NCBI GenBank assembly: GCA_963422205.2
Contig: CAXMWX010000001.1
Span: 64,001-128,000, forward strand
Source: Gammaproteobacteria bacterium
GTDB taxonomy: Bacteria; Pseudomonadota; Gammaproteobacteria; Eutrophobiales; Eutrophobiaceae
DNA length: 64,000 nucleotides
Direction of reading: 5' to 3'
Below, one piece after another: positions 13,957 to 22,964 of this stretch. Under the pieces are notes generated by a model, which was not told the DNA's origin, did no database searches, and saw only the letters and a list, made by a program, of their open reading frames with translations. Within the stretch, counting starts at the first letter, position 1; each line of letters begins with the position of its first letter. A program made the position numbers and the translations under genes.

Positions 13957-14529
13957 CTATCCGATTTGGGCGTGCCGAAAACAGTCTGTGGTGTGGTCGT
14001 TGACCATGCCGGTTGCCTGCATGTGTGCATAGATAATCGTTGGCCCAACAAAGCTGAAGCCGCGTTTTTTCAGATCCCTGGCGATACTCTCTGACAGCGC
14101 CGTTTTTGCGGGGACTTCCTGTGGGGATGTCCACTGGTTTCGGATCGGTTTGTCATCGACAAACTGCCAGATATACCTGTTGAACGTACCAAACTCCTGG
14201 CGTATCTCGATGAACGCCCTGGCATTGGTGATGGCCGAGCGGAGCTTTAATTCATTCCGTATAATGCCGGGGTTTTGCAGCAATCGGGCAATTTTTTTAT
14301 CGGTATATTTTGCGATTTTATTAAAGTCAAAGCCATCCATTGCCTGACGATAAGCGGCCCGCTTCTTCAGCACGGTAAGCCAGCTCAAACCGGCCTGGGC
14401 ACCTTCCAGCAATAAAAATTCAAATTGCTTTTTATCGCTGTGCACCGGTACCCCCCACTCTCTGTCATGATAGTTTTCATAGACGCTGTCCTGGTGGCAC
14501 CACTGACAACGGGTTACCTGGTTCATCAT
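13957..14529 (-). CDS. tag: DNA-3-methyladenine glycosylase I
   Basis: YHDREWG, LEGAQAGLSW, GIIRN, FVGPTIIYAHMQATGMVNDH. Confidence 0.96.
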   Translation of the reverse strand: MMNQVTRCQWCHQDSVYENYHDREWGVPVHSDKKQFEFLLLEGAQAGLSWLTVLKKRAAYRQAMDGFDFNKIAKYTDKKIARLLQNPGIIRNELKLRSAITNARAFIEIRQEFGTFNRYIWQFVDDKPIRNQWTSPQEVPAKTALSESIARDLKKRGFSFVGPTIIYAHMQATGMVNDHTTDCFRHAQIG

Positions 14530-14698
14530 CCATCCCCCTGCTGGCGGGACTTGCCGTTGAGTTTACGTCAATACCTTAGCCCATTTATACCATGTTGATG
14601 TGGCGGAATAAAATGAATAATCCTTATGTTGATTAGGGCGGTAATGCGCTAAGATAGGCGCGGCTTTTATTCGGACATAACACCAACACGCAGACTCC

Positions 14699-16453
14699 AT
14701 GGAAAAACACATCCGCTTCGGCACGTATATCAAGGAAGCCAGCCGCCATCATATTTATCTCAGTTATAATGCCCTGATCCCCAGGTTGACGGCAGATGCC
14801 GCCGGCAATCCCCTGCGACAGCAGGCGGCAAAAGTGCGGTTTCGGCATATTGATATCTACCGCCTGATCATGCCTTATATCCGCCGCCGGCTGTGGGATC
14901 AGATCAAGGCCGTGTTGCCGCTGGCGGTGTATCTGGCCTTGTTCCAGCTTGTCATCTTGCGCCAGGGCGTGGCAGATTACGGGCTTATCACAGGCGGTTT
15001 GATCGCCGTCATCCTGGGTTTGATGCTGTTCATGGAAGGCTTGAAGGTTGGCCTGATGCCATTCGGCGAGAGGATCGGCGCCATCTTGCCGGGGCGCTGC
15101 AAATTACCGGCGGTGCTGATCATCATCTTTATGCTGGGCGTTGGCGTGACCTTTGCCGAGCCGGCCATCGGCGCATTACAGACTGCCGGGGCAATCGTCG
15201 ATGTGAGCTCTGCGCCTTATCTGTACATCCTGTTAAACGATTGGGCGGCGGTGCTGGTGACGGTTGTCGGGATTGGTGTCGGGCTGGCCGCCATCACCGG
15301 TACTTTACGATTTTTATATGGCTGGAGTTTGAAGCCGGTAATTTATGCGACCGTCATACCCACTGTCGGCCTTTCCGTGCATATCATGTTCGATCCTGAA
15401 CTGGCTAAAATGCTGGGGCTGGCCTGGGATTGTGGTGCGGTCACTACCGGCCCGGTCACTGTCCCCCTGGTGCTGGCCTTGGGTATCGGAATCGCTGCAA
15501 CTGCCGGTAAAGCGCATTCATCATTATCAGGCTTTGGCATCGTCACGCTGGCCTCTTTATTTCCCATTCTCGGCGTGCAGCTACTTGCATTGTTTTTATC
15601 AGTGTCCATGACACCGGCCGAGATAGTCGAAAACGTCACGTCCCTTGCGGGTGATGTCAGTCAGCTTGGCTGGTATCAAAAAACTCCCTGGAAGGAGACC
15701 TTGATGGGCTTGCGGGCGATCGTGCCGCTGATCCTGTTTTTATATCTGGTGCTGCGGCTGGTACTCGCCGAGCAAATCAAAAACCGCCTGCTGACGGCCT
15801 ACGGGATCAGTCTTTGCGTGCTGGGGATAATCATTTTTAATATTGGCCTGACGTATGGGCTGAACCATCTTGGTGGTCAGTCCGGTGGGCTGATACCGGC
15901 AGCATTTACCCATATTGAACTGATTGACAATTCACCATTGTACAGCTTCACGATGGGCTTGCTGATTGCCTTTATTTTTGCTTGGCTGCTTGGCTTTGGT
16001 GCGACCCTGGCCGAGCCAGCGCTGAACGCCTTGGGTTTGACCGTGGAGAACCTGACCAATGGGGCGTTTGCCAAGTCGCTGCTGATGTATGCTGTCTCTG
16101 TGGGTGTTGGCACAGGTATCGGGATCGGTATCATGAAGATCATCTTCACGATCCCGATCGCTTGGTTACTACTGCCAGGCTATGCCATCGCATTGGTATT
16201 GACGTATTTCTCTACCGAGGAGTTCGTCAATATTGCCTGGGACAGCGCAGGCGTGACCACCGGCCCGGTCACGGTGCCGCTGGTATTGGCGATGGGGCTG
16301 GGCTTCGGCGATGCCGTCGGGGCAGTGGAGGGCTTTGGTATTTTATCCATGGCATCCATCGGTCCGATCATCTCGGTGATGTGCACTGGCCTGTGGGTAC
16401 GCTGGAAGGTGGAACGGCGGCATAGAATGTCAGCAACAGAGGCCCTGGCATGA
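14699..16453 (+). CDS. DUF1538 family polytopic membrane protein, two fused repeats
   Basis: Many hydrophobic segments; duplicated motifs T(F/L)AEPA and WD(C/S)(G/A)(A/G)VTTGPVTVP; followed by PII-like genes. Confidence 0.85.
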   Translation: MEKHIRFGTYIKEASRHHIYLSYNALIPRLTADAAGNPLRQQAAKVRFRHIDIYRLIMPYIRRRLWDQIKAVLPLAVYLALFQLVILRQGVADYGLITGGLIAVILGLMLFMEGLKVGLMPFGERIGAILPGRCKLPAVLIIIFMLGVGVTFAEPAIGALQTAGAIVDVSSAPYLYILLNDWAAVLVTVVGIGVGLAAITGTLRFLYGWSLKPVIYATVIPTVGLSVHIMFDPELAKMLGLAWDCGAVTTGPVTVPLVLALGIGIAATAGKAHSSLSGFGIVTLASLFPILGVQLLALFLSVSMTPAEIVENVTSLAGDVSQLGWYQKTPWKETLMGLRAIVPLILFLYLVLRLVLAEQIKNRLLTAYGISLCVLGIIIFNIGLTYGLNHLGGQSGGLIPAAFTHIELIDNSPLYSFTMGLLIAFIFAWLLGFGATLAEPALNALGLTVENLTNGAFAKSLLMYAVSVGVGTGIGIGIMKIIFTIPIAWLLLPGYAIALVLTYFSTEEFVNIAWDSAGVTTGPVTVPLVLAMGLGFGDAVGAVEGFGILSMASIGPIISVMCTGLWVRWKVERRHRMSATEALA

Positions 16454-16812
16454 GTCAACAAGACATTGTGGTATTAACCGATGTATCGTTGATCACCTGT
16501 ATTGTGCAACGGGGTCTGGCCGATGATATCGTCCATGCTGCACAGGAAGCGGGCGCACAGGGGGCCACCATCTACCATGCCCGGGGCATTGGCCTTGGCG
16601 AGCGGCTGGGGATCCTGGGGCTGGCTGTTGGGGTGGAGAAAGAGGTCATCAATATCGTCGTGGCGGCAGATCAGGTAAACCGAATATTTGATCGCATGTA
16701 TGTGGCCGGAAAACTGGATACCCCCGGCATGGGCTTTATGTATGTGACGCCCCTGGAAAAAGCAGGCACGTATATCCCCAGGGAAATTGCCGATAAATTA
16801 TTAAATCGTTGA
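16450..16812 (+). CDS. P-II-like family regulator 1
   Basis: ITCIVQRG, AGAQGATIYHARGIG, EKEVI, PGMGFMYV; ATGA overlap with DUF1538. Confidence 0.88.
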   Translation: MSQQDIVVLTDVSLITCIVQRGLADDIVHAAQEAGAQGATIYHARGIGLGERLGILGLAVGVEKEVINIVVAADQVNRIFDRMYVAGKLDTPGMGFMYVTPLEKAGTYIPREIADKLLNR

Positions 16813-16832
16813 GGTGTTGGCGGCTGCCTGAT

Positions 16833-17171
16833 GTGAACACACATTCCAAATACAAACTCATCACCTGTATCCTGCCGCATGGCAGGGGTCATGCGGTGAT
16901 GGAACAACTGCAAGAGAAAAACATTTTCACCGCGGCGGTCAATTATGCCCGTGGCTGTGGCAAATTAACCCCGCGGGAATACCGGGGAGCGGGTGAGCAA
17001 ACGGAAAAAGAAATACTTGAAGTTCTCGTCCCGGCCGATGATGCCGCGGCGGTATTTAACTACCTGTATATCGCTGCTGATATAAACCGGCCTCATGGCG
17101 GCCTGATGTATATGGCGGCGCTGGGGCATGCAACCCCGTTTGTTCCCCCTGAGTTGCCGCTCCAGGACTAA
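16833..17171 (+). CDS. P-II-like family regulator 2
   Basis: KLITCILP, ARGCG, EKEILEVLV, PHGGLMY. Start uncertain (GTG 16833 or TTG 16809). Confidence 0.8.
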   Translation: MNTHSKYKLITCILPHGRGHAVMEQLQEKNIFTAAVNYARGCGKLTPREYRGAGEQTEKEILEVLVPADDAAAVFNYLYIAADINRPHGGLMYMAALGHATPFVPPELPLQD

Positions 17172-18343
17172 GACGCAAGACGGCAATTCCCTTGCCTCCT
17201 GCGTATATACCGCTGATCCAGCGCCTGTACCGAGCGACACCCCAGCAGCATAAGCGCCTGCTTGATTTCCTGTTTCAGGATAGCCAGTGCCCGGTCGACA
17301 CCTTGCTCCCCACCAGCCCCCAGACCATACAGATAAGCCCGGCCGATCATAACGGCCCTGGCGCCCAGACACAGGGCTTTCACCACATCGGTGCCTCTTC
17401 TGATACCCCCATCCAGTATCACCTCGGCCTTGTTCCCCACAGCCGCAACAATTTCCGGCAGGATGCCGATGGGCGTTGCCGCATGATCCAGCTGCCGCCC
17501 GCCATGGTTGGAGACGATGATCGTCTTGATGCCTGACGCCACCGCCCGGCGGGCATCATCGGGGTTGAGAATGCCCTTGATGGCAAAGGGCCCCTGCCAT
17601 TGCGCCTGCATCCAGCGGACATCATCCCAGGTAAGGCTCGGATCAAACTGTGAACGGGTATACTGGATCACCGAAAACAAGGCTTCGCTGACATCCGCAT
17701 GTTCGCGGATATTCGCCAGCGCCATCTTCGGTGTCGTGAGGAGGTGCCAGAGCCAGTGCGGGCATCGCAAGGCATCAACAATATTGCGCGGCCCGATCCG
17801 CGGGGGTACGGTAAACCCATTCCTAAGATCACGCTCTCGCTGGCCGGCAGTGGCAAAGTCCACCGTCAGGCACAGCGAGGTATAACCGGCCTCCTTGCAG
17901 CGCTGAATAAATTTTTCTACCAGCTCTCTCTCCCGCCAGACATAGATTTGAAAACAGACCGGGCCACTCGTCTGTGCGGCGAGTTCTTCAATCGAGTATG
18001 TTGCCATTGACGACAGGCTGTAGATCGTCCCCGCCCGATGCGCTGCCCGGGCAACCGCTATCTCGCCCTGGTGATGGAACAGCCGCGACATGCCGGTTGG
18101 TGCCATCATCACGGGCAAGGCGATATCCGTGTTCAGCACCCGGGTCTGCAAGGCGACATCGGCCACATCGACCAGAGAATGCGGCAGGAATTCATAATCA
18201 TTAAAATCATCATGATTACGCCGTAACGTGACCTCATCCCCCGCCGCCCCGTCCAGATAATCAAACACGGCCTGCGGCAAGCGCCGCTTTGCCAGCCGGC
18301 GCAAATCGTCAATATTCAGACAGTGTTCCAATCCTGCTCGCAT
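17168..18343 (-). CDS. FMN-dependent alpha-hydroxy acid oxidase/dehydrogenase (LldD/glycolate oxidase family)
   Basis: FDYLDGAA, APTG, SNHGGRQLD, DGGIRRGTDV. Confidence 0.93.
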   Translation of the reverse strand: MRAGLEHCLNIDDLRRLAKRRLPQAVFDYLDGAAGDEVTLRRNHDDFNDYEFLPHSLVDVADVALQTRVLNTDIALPVMMAPTGMSRLFHHQGEIAVARAAHRAGTIYSLSSMATYSIEELAAQTSGPVCFQIYVWRERELVEKFIQRCKEAGYTSLCLTVDFATAGQRERDLRNGFTVPPRIGPRNIVDALRCPHWLWHLLTTPKMALANIREHADVSEALFSVIQYTRSQFDPSLTWDDVRWMQAQWQGPFAIKGILNPDDARRAVASGIKTIIVSNHGGRQLDHAATPIGILPEIVAAVGNKAEVILDGGIRRGTDVVKALCLGARAVMIGRAYLYGLGAGGEQGVDRALAILKQEIKQALMLLGCRSVQALDQRYIRRRQGNCRLAS

Positions 18344-18345
18344 GA

Positions 18346-18657
18346 TTAGAAAATTTTCACCCGGCCAGCCAGTATATCCTTAAACATCACCCAATCGCCG
18401 ATCAGGCTGTATAGAGGATAGGTAAACGTGGCGGGCTTGTTTTTCTGAAAAAAGAAATGCCCGGCCCAGGCGCAGCCGTAACCCACCACAGGCAGCAGCA
18501 ACAAGTAGAGGTAGCTGACGGTCAAGAGGCTCACGCCGAGCAGCAGCAAGACCAGAAGTGAGCCGAGAAAATGCAGTCGCCGACAATTTATGTCGCTGTG
18601 TTCGTTAAGATAAAACGGGTAAAATTCGCTGAACGAGGCGTAATTTTTGTCAGTCAT
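18346..18657 (-). CDS. DUF962 / Mpo1-like membrane protein
   Basis: SFSEFYPFYLNEHS..CRRLHF..GYGCAWAGHFFFQKNKPATF.YPLYSL.GD; start taken at ATG 18657. Confidence 0.9.
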   Translation of the reverse strand: MTDKNYASFSEFYPFYLNEHSDINCRRLHFLGSLLVLLLLGVSLLTVSYLYLLLLPVVGYGCAWAGHFFFQKNKPATFTYPLYSLIGDWVMFKDILAGRVKIF

Positions 18658-18679
18658 CACGGATACGCCGATGTGGGTG

Positions 18680-19753
18680 TTACGAGGGCGCAGGTATGGG
18701 CGTACCTTTACGCAGCAGCAACTCCCGCAGCTGGATAATGACTGGAAAGATCTCCTGGTTCCAGTCCGCCCCCTGCTGGTCAAAGGCCGTTTGCTCCATT
18801 TCCACCACCCATCTGTCTTCGGCAAAGATCCCTTCGGTAAACCAGATGACGAACGGCCACAGCACTTGCATCAGGCCGGGCATGTTTGGTTTGCGGATAT
18901 TCATCAGGCCAAAGGTATGGTTGATGCGTTGCGATTTGTCCACCGGCACATAGGTGATCCATAAATCCAGCGCTGGCTCGGTGCTGCCGGCCGTCCAGAA
19001 TTTAAGCCGCTGGTGCGGGTAATGCGTACTGACGGTCATCAAGTCTTTGGGCCGTCCTGCCGTTGGCGGCGGGCGCCGGCCCAGCATCACCTTCTCGCCG
19101 ATGGGCTGCCTGCCAGTGCGCGAAAACGTATAATCGACCTCCACCCAGTCGCGGCCTTCTCGCAAATCCAAAAAAGCCGTTTGAATCTTCGACATGATGC
19201 CGCGGTGCAGAAACTGATGATTCATGTCCATCAGGTTCTCGTGCAAAAACGAATAATGACAGGCCACCTGTCGATCCAGGTAGCGCGTCTTGTAGTGCTT
19301 GTCATGCCAGGACGGGACATCGGGAAAGGCAGCGGACGCCGACAGCCCCTGATCGCCCGGAAAAATAAAGATCAGGCCGTACTCTTCCCGGCAGGCATAG
19401 GCGCAGACGCCGCGCGGCATGGTCTCGCTCTTGCCCACATAGGGGATGTTGATGCACCTGCCGGTGTGATCATACACCCAGCCGTGGTAGCAGCATTGTA
19501 TGTTCTCGCCGCACACCACGCCTTCTGATAACGGCACCTGCCGGTGGGCGCAGCGATCTTCCAGTGCGAACACCTGGCCTGTCTTTGTGCGTACCAGCAC
19601 GATGGGCTCGCCAGCGAAGCGGCGGCTGATCGCCTTGCCCGGCGTTAAGTCTTTGCTGCGGGCTAATGGATACCAGTGATCCGGGTGTGCGCCTGTTTTA
19701 CGAAGATCACGGCTCACCGCACTGGCGGCGTCCTGCGGCGGGTTGGCTGACAT
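18680..19753 (-). CDS. Rieske non-heme iron oxygenase alpha subunit (VanA/CAO-like)
   Basis: Rieske CAH...CCYHGW motif and mononuclear-iron motif ENLMDMNHQFLH. Confidence 0.92.
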   Translation of the reverse strand: MSANPPQDAASAVSRDLRKTGAHPDHWYPLARSKDLTPGKAISRRFAGEPIVLVRTKTGQVFALEDRCAHRQVPLSEGVVCGENIQCCYHGWVYDHTGRCINIPYVGKSETMPRGVCAYACREEYGLIFIFPGDQGLSASAAFPDVPSWHDKHYKTRYLDRQVACHYSFLHENLMDMNHQFLHRGIMSKIQTAFLDLREGRDWVEVDYTFSRTGRQPIGEKVMLGRRPPPTAGRPKDLMTVSTHYPHQRLKFWTAGSTEPALDLWITYVPVDKSQRINHTFGLMNIRKPNMPGLMQVLWPFVIWFTEGIFAEDRWVVEMEQTAFDQQGADWNQEIFPVIIQLRELLLRKGTPIPAPS

Positions 19754-19816
19754 GACGATGCTCTCGTTACATAAAGATGGCGGTCATGTTAGCAGAATAT
19801 GCTGACCATGCCAGGA

Positions 19817-20725
19817 TCATTGTATCAGGCTGGCATGTATCAGTGACAGCATCGTCTCCGGGTTGACAAACCCGCCGCCATGACTTTGATCATAATCATC
19901 GGCATTGGGTTTCAAGGCGATGATCTCCTCAAGCGATTTGCCCGCATCGATTAGCTGTTGCACCCGCTGCTTCAGGGTCTTGAGCATCGCAAGGTAGGCT
20001 TGCAACTCGGCCCGGTCACCGACCGGGCCATGACCGGGGATGATTATGCTGCTCTCATCGGCCATAGCGATCACCTGCTCCACCGCCGCTATCATGCCAT
20101 CGATCGAGCCACCGCTGCCAACATCAATAAACGGGTAGAGGCCATTAAACCAGATATCGCCGGTATGAATGACATTCGCCCTGGTGAAATGGGCCACACC
20201 ATCGCCGTCCGTGTGTGCATTTTTATGATGCAGGACATGCACGACATCGCCATTGAGATGAAACGTCAGGCGATCGTTGAACGTAATCACCGGCAAGGCG
20301 ACCGGCGGTGCGGCCTTGACCTCCCAGCCAAACGGCTTGATCACATGATCCTCTGCCATGCGCCGGCGTACATTATCATGGGCGATAATGAGCGCCCCCT
20401 GCCTGCCAAGATTTTCATTCCCGCCAGTATGATCAAAATGCCAATGGGTGTTGATGACATAGCTGATCGGCGCTGTCGATATTTTTTTTATCGCCGCCAT
20501 GATCTTTGTGGTCAAGGGCGCAAACTGATCATCGATCAGAAAAACACCATCCTCCCCCACCGAGGCGCCGATATTGCCGCCCTCGCCGTACAAGACATAG
20601 AGAGTATCGGCCAGCTTCTCGGTGGTTATCTCTACCTTGGCGAAGTGGTCCTCACCCTTGGCGCCGGCCAGCGATACCCAGCTAATCATCAATAGCAAAA
20701 CCATAGATCTGTAAAAACGCATCAT
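19817..20725 (-). CDS. secreted metallo-beta-lactamase-fold hydrolase (cyclase-like)
   Basis: Signal peptide; NTHWHFDHTGGN, AHTDGD, HTGD, IPGHG. Confidence 0.9.
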   Translation of the reverse strand: MMRFYRSMVLLLMISWVSLAGAKGEDHFAKVEITTEKLADTLYVLYGEGGNIGASVGEDGVFLIDDQFAPLTTKIMAAIKKISTAPISYVINTHWHFDHTGGNENLGRQGALIIAHDNVRRRMAEDHVIKPFGWEVKAAPPVALPVITFNDRLTFHLNGDVVHVLHHKNAHTDGDGVAHFTRANVIHTGDIWFNGLYPFIDVGSGGSIDGMIAAVEQVIAMADESSIIIPGHGPVGDRAELQAYLAMLKTLKQRVQQLIDAGKSLEEIIALKPNADDYDQSHGGGFVNPETMLSLIHASLIQ

Positions 20726-20881
20726 TATTTCCTCTCAATCTGAAGATAAAATTTGGAACTGATATATTACAACGCATGCACCCGATTTGTAAGGGTAACG
20801 CTTGCCGAAGACAGATGTGGATGTATCGCTTCCTCCGATCATCAGGCAAGGATGATAAACTCATGGGCGTGCAGGGTTTTT

Positions 20882-21194
20882 TTATGGCTTATCCGCATAT
20901 TTGATGGTCAATTCATCTTCAAGGCCAAAAAGCTGCAAGGCTCGTTTTATGTTCTGGAATTTGGTCTTGTTATCAGAATGCGCTTCAATGAAATAAGCCT
21001 TATCTAGCTTAACAGCTTGCCTGTATTGTGAATATCATTCTGAATTTTGGTCAATTTGATTTTCTCTGCCAGGCCGCCCCTGGTGTTGGCTGTCAGATTG
21101 GCTTGTTGTTTGGCAATGACCTCATCGGCCTTCGAATGCACAGTGAATGACACGGCCATCGTGACCACGGCAAATAAAAGGTGTATTTTTTCAT
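20882..21194 (-). pseudogene. chimeric frameshifted gene remnant
   Basis: RBS AGGAG plus ATG 21194. One added A in the A-run restores MKKIHLLFAVVTMAVSFTVHSKADEVIAKQQANLTANTRG; a second shift gives RQAVKLDKAYFIEAHSDNKTKFQNIKRALQLFGLEDELTIKYADKP*. Confidence 0.55.
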
Positions 21195-21320
21195 GGCTTC
21201 TCCTGCTGCAAATATGACGTTATCTTGATCGTTTTGAATTGAGTAAACTTCTGGCATACACACCTCGGCCAGCACCGCCCGTCATTATCCGCCCCGGTGA
21301 TCATGATGCGATGATTTTAT

Positions 21321-21340
21321 AGTATTATAATGCAAGTTAC
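21321..21340. promoter_or_regulatory. putative operator, copy 3 (AGTATTATAATGCAAGTTAC), overlapping -10 hexamers
   Basis: 14/17 match to AGTCTTTTTATGCAAGT. Overlaps TATAGT (21318-23) and TATAAT (21326-31), just upstream of the esterase start. Confidence 0.6.
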
Positions 21341-21348
21341 TCTATCCC

Positions 21349-22896
21349 ATGGATGTAGAAATGCACCGCTATTATCTCATTGCCCTTGCGCTGCTCTGTC
21401 TTGTTTTGCATAAGGCAAACAGCGCCGTCACAGATTGCCAACTGGCGCCTGTGGCCGGCATCGGCCAGCTTGAAGTTACCGCCGTTGCATCGCCAGCCCT
21501 GCCCGCATTTTGCCAGGTCAAAGGCGTGCTGGAAGGGCGCATACGCTTTGAGGCCCGTCTGCCGCTTGAAGGCTGGAACGGCAAGTTCCTGATGGCCGGT
21601 TGTGGCGGGTTTTGCGGCAGCCTGCTGCCCGACAAGCCGGGCTTCTCCAACAGCATCAACGAAGCGTTGAAAATGGGTTATGCTGCCATCGCCCATGACG
21701 GCGGCCACCGCGGCGCCAGCCACGACACCGCATGGGCTTATCATGACCGCCAGGCATTAGAGATATGGGCACACCGGATACTGCCCATCGTTGCCCGCAA
21801 CGGCAAGGCCATCGTGACGGCGTTTTATGGCCGCCCGCCTGCGCTGTCCTATTTTTCCGGTTGCTCTAACGGCGGTCGCCTGGGGCTGATGGCGGCACAA
21901 CGCTACCCGCAGTTGTTTGACGGCATCCTCGCCGGCGCTCCTGTCTTTGATTTGTCCGGCAATGCTGGCATCTACGCCGCCTGGAAGGCACAGCAGCTAT
22001 ACCGGGCCGATGGGACACTGCGCCTGGGGCAGGAAAAAATTCCCTTGCTGAAATCTTACGTGCTGAGGCAATGCGATGGCCTGGATGGGTTGGCCGATGG
22101 CATCATCGCCGCGCCCGGGCGGTGCCAGGTCGATCTGTCTACCTTGCGCTGTCGGCCCGGCGTACCCGCCGATGATTGCTTGTCTGGTGGACAAATCACG
22201 CTGTTGAACAGGCTGTATCACGGGGTAAGTGATAGCAAAGGCGAGCGCCTGTACCCCGGCATATCCTATGGCTCGGAACATTACTTCGCCACCTGGATCA
22301 TCGGCAAGCCGGGGCAACCGGCCTGGGGTACGCTGGCCGGGCAGGGCTACCTTAATCTGGTCAATGAGATGGCGCCTGATCAGCACTATGCCATGCACCG
22401 TTTCGATGTCGATAAAGACCCTGAGTTGTTAAGAGAACACCCGCTGGCGGCGATGATGGATGCCACCAGCACGGATCTGTCGGCCCTGGTGGGCGCAGGA
22501 ACAAAATTGATTATCTGGCACGGCTGGTCAGACCCGCTGATCCTGCCCAAACGCACCGTGGATTACTACGAGGCCATCGCCCGCAAGCTGGGCGGCATGG
22601 GCAGGGCCAGGGAGCGTGTGCGCCTGTTTCTGCTGCCGGGGCATGGACACTGCTGGCGCCAAGCCGCCGAGGCGCCGGATCAGTTTAATCCGATCCAGCT
22701 ACTGGCAGATTGGGTTGAATCCGGCAGCGCCCCATCGCAATTTATCGCCCACCAGCAAGATGCCGCCGGGAACACCCTGCGCTCACGGCCGATATGCGCC
22801 TATCCCGCCGTAGCGCGATATCAAGGCACAGGCGATATGAATGATGCCGCCAGTTTTGTTTGTGAAATCAACGGCAATTCATCATTGGCAAAGTAG
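21349..22896 (+). CDS. tannase/feruloyl esterase family alpha/beta hydrolase, secreted
   Basis: Signal peptide; WNGKF; nucleophile motif SGCSNGG; CDGLDGLADG; WHGWSD; PGHGHC; RPICAYP. Start at 21349 or 21361. Confidence 0.93.
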   Translation: MDVEMHRYYLIALALLCLVLHKANSAVTDCQLAPVAGIGQLEVTAVASPALPAFCQVKGVLEGRIRFEARLPLEGWNGKFLMAGCGGFCGSLLPDKPGFSNSINEALKMGYAAIAHDGGHRGASHDTAWAYHDRQALEIWAHRILPIVARNGKAIVTAFYGRPPALSYFSGCSNGGRLGLMAAQRYPQLFDGILAGAPVFDLSGNAGIYAAWKAQQLYRADGTLRLGQEKIPLLKSYVLRQCDGLDGLADGIIAAPGRCQVDLSTLRCRPGVPADDCLSGGQITLLNRLYHGVSDSKGERLYPGISYGSEHYFATWIIGKPGQPAWGTLAGQGYLNLVNEMAPDQHYAMHRFDVDKDPELLREHPLAAMMDATSTDLSALVGAGTKLIIWHGWSDPLILPKRTVDYYEAIARKLGGMGRARERVRLFLLPGHGHCWRQAAEAPDQFNPIQLLADWVESGSAPSQFIAHQQDAAGNTLRSRPICAYPAVARYQGTGDMNDAASFVCEINGNSSLAK

Positions 22897-22964
22897 CTCT
22901 TGAGTATCAAAATCTGATTGGCTAACATGTATACCATTATTGGCAATTAATTTGAGTTAAATGG

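Noticed and set aside
15583-15599. ACTTGCAT half-site inside the DUF1538 gene (similar ones near 18864, 23893 and 41947)
   Set aside because: They are intragenic and lack the second ACT arm at the conserved spacing, so they were not counted as operators.
19782-19811. Imperfect inverted repeat between the MBL and Rieske genes
   Set aside because: Short, mismatched and without a U-tract; not supportable as a terminator or operator.
20753-21007. 84-aa plus-strand ORF
   Set aside because: Antisense to the minus-strand pseudogene remnant; no RBS or motif.
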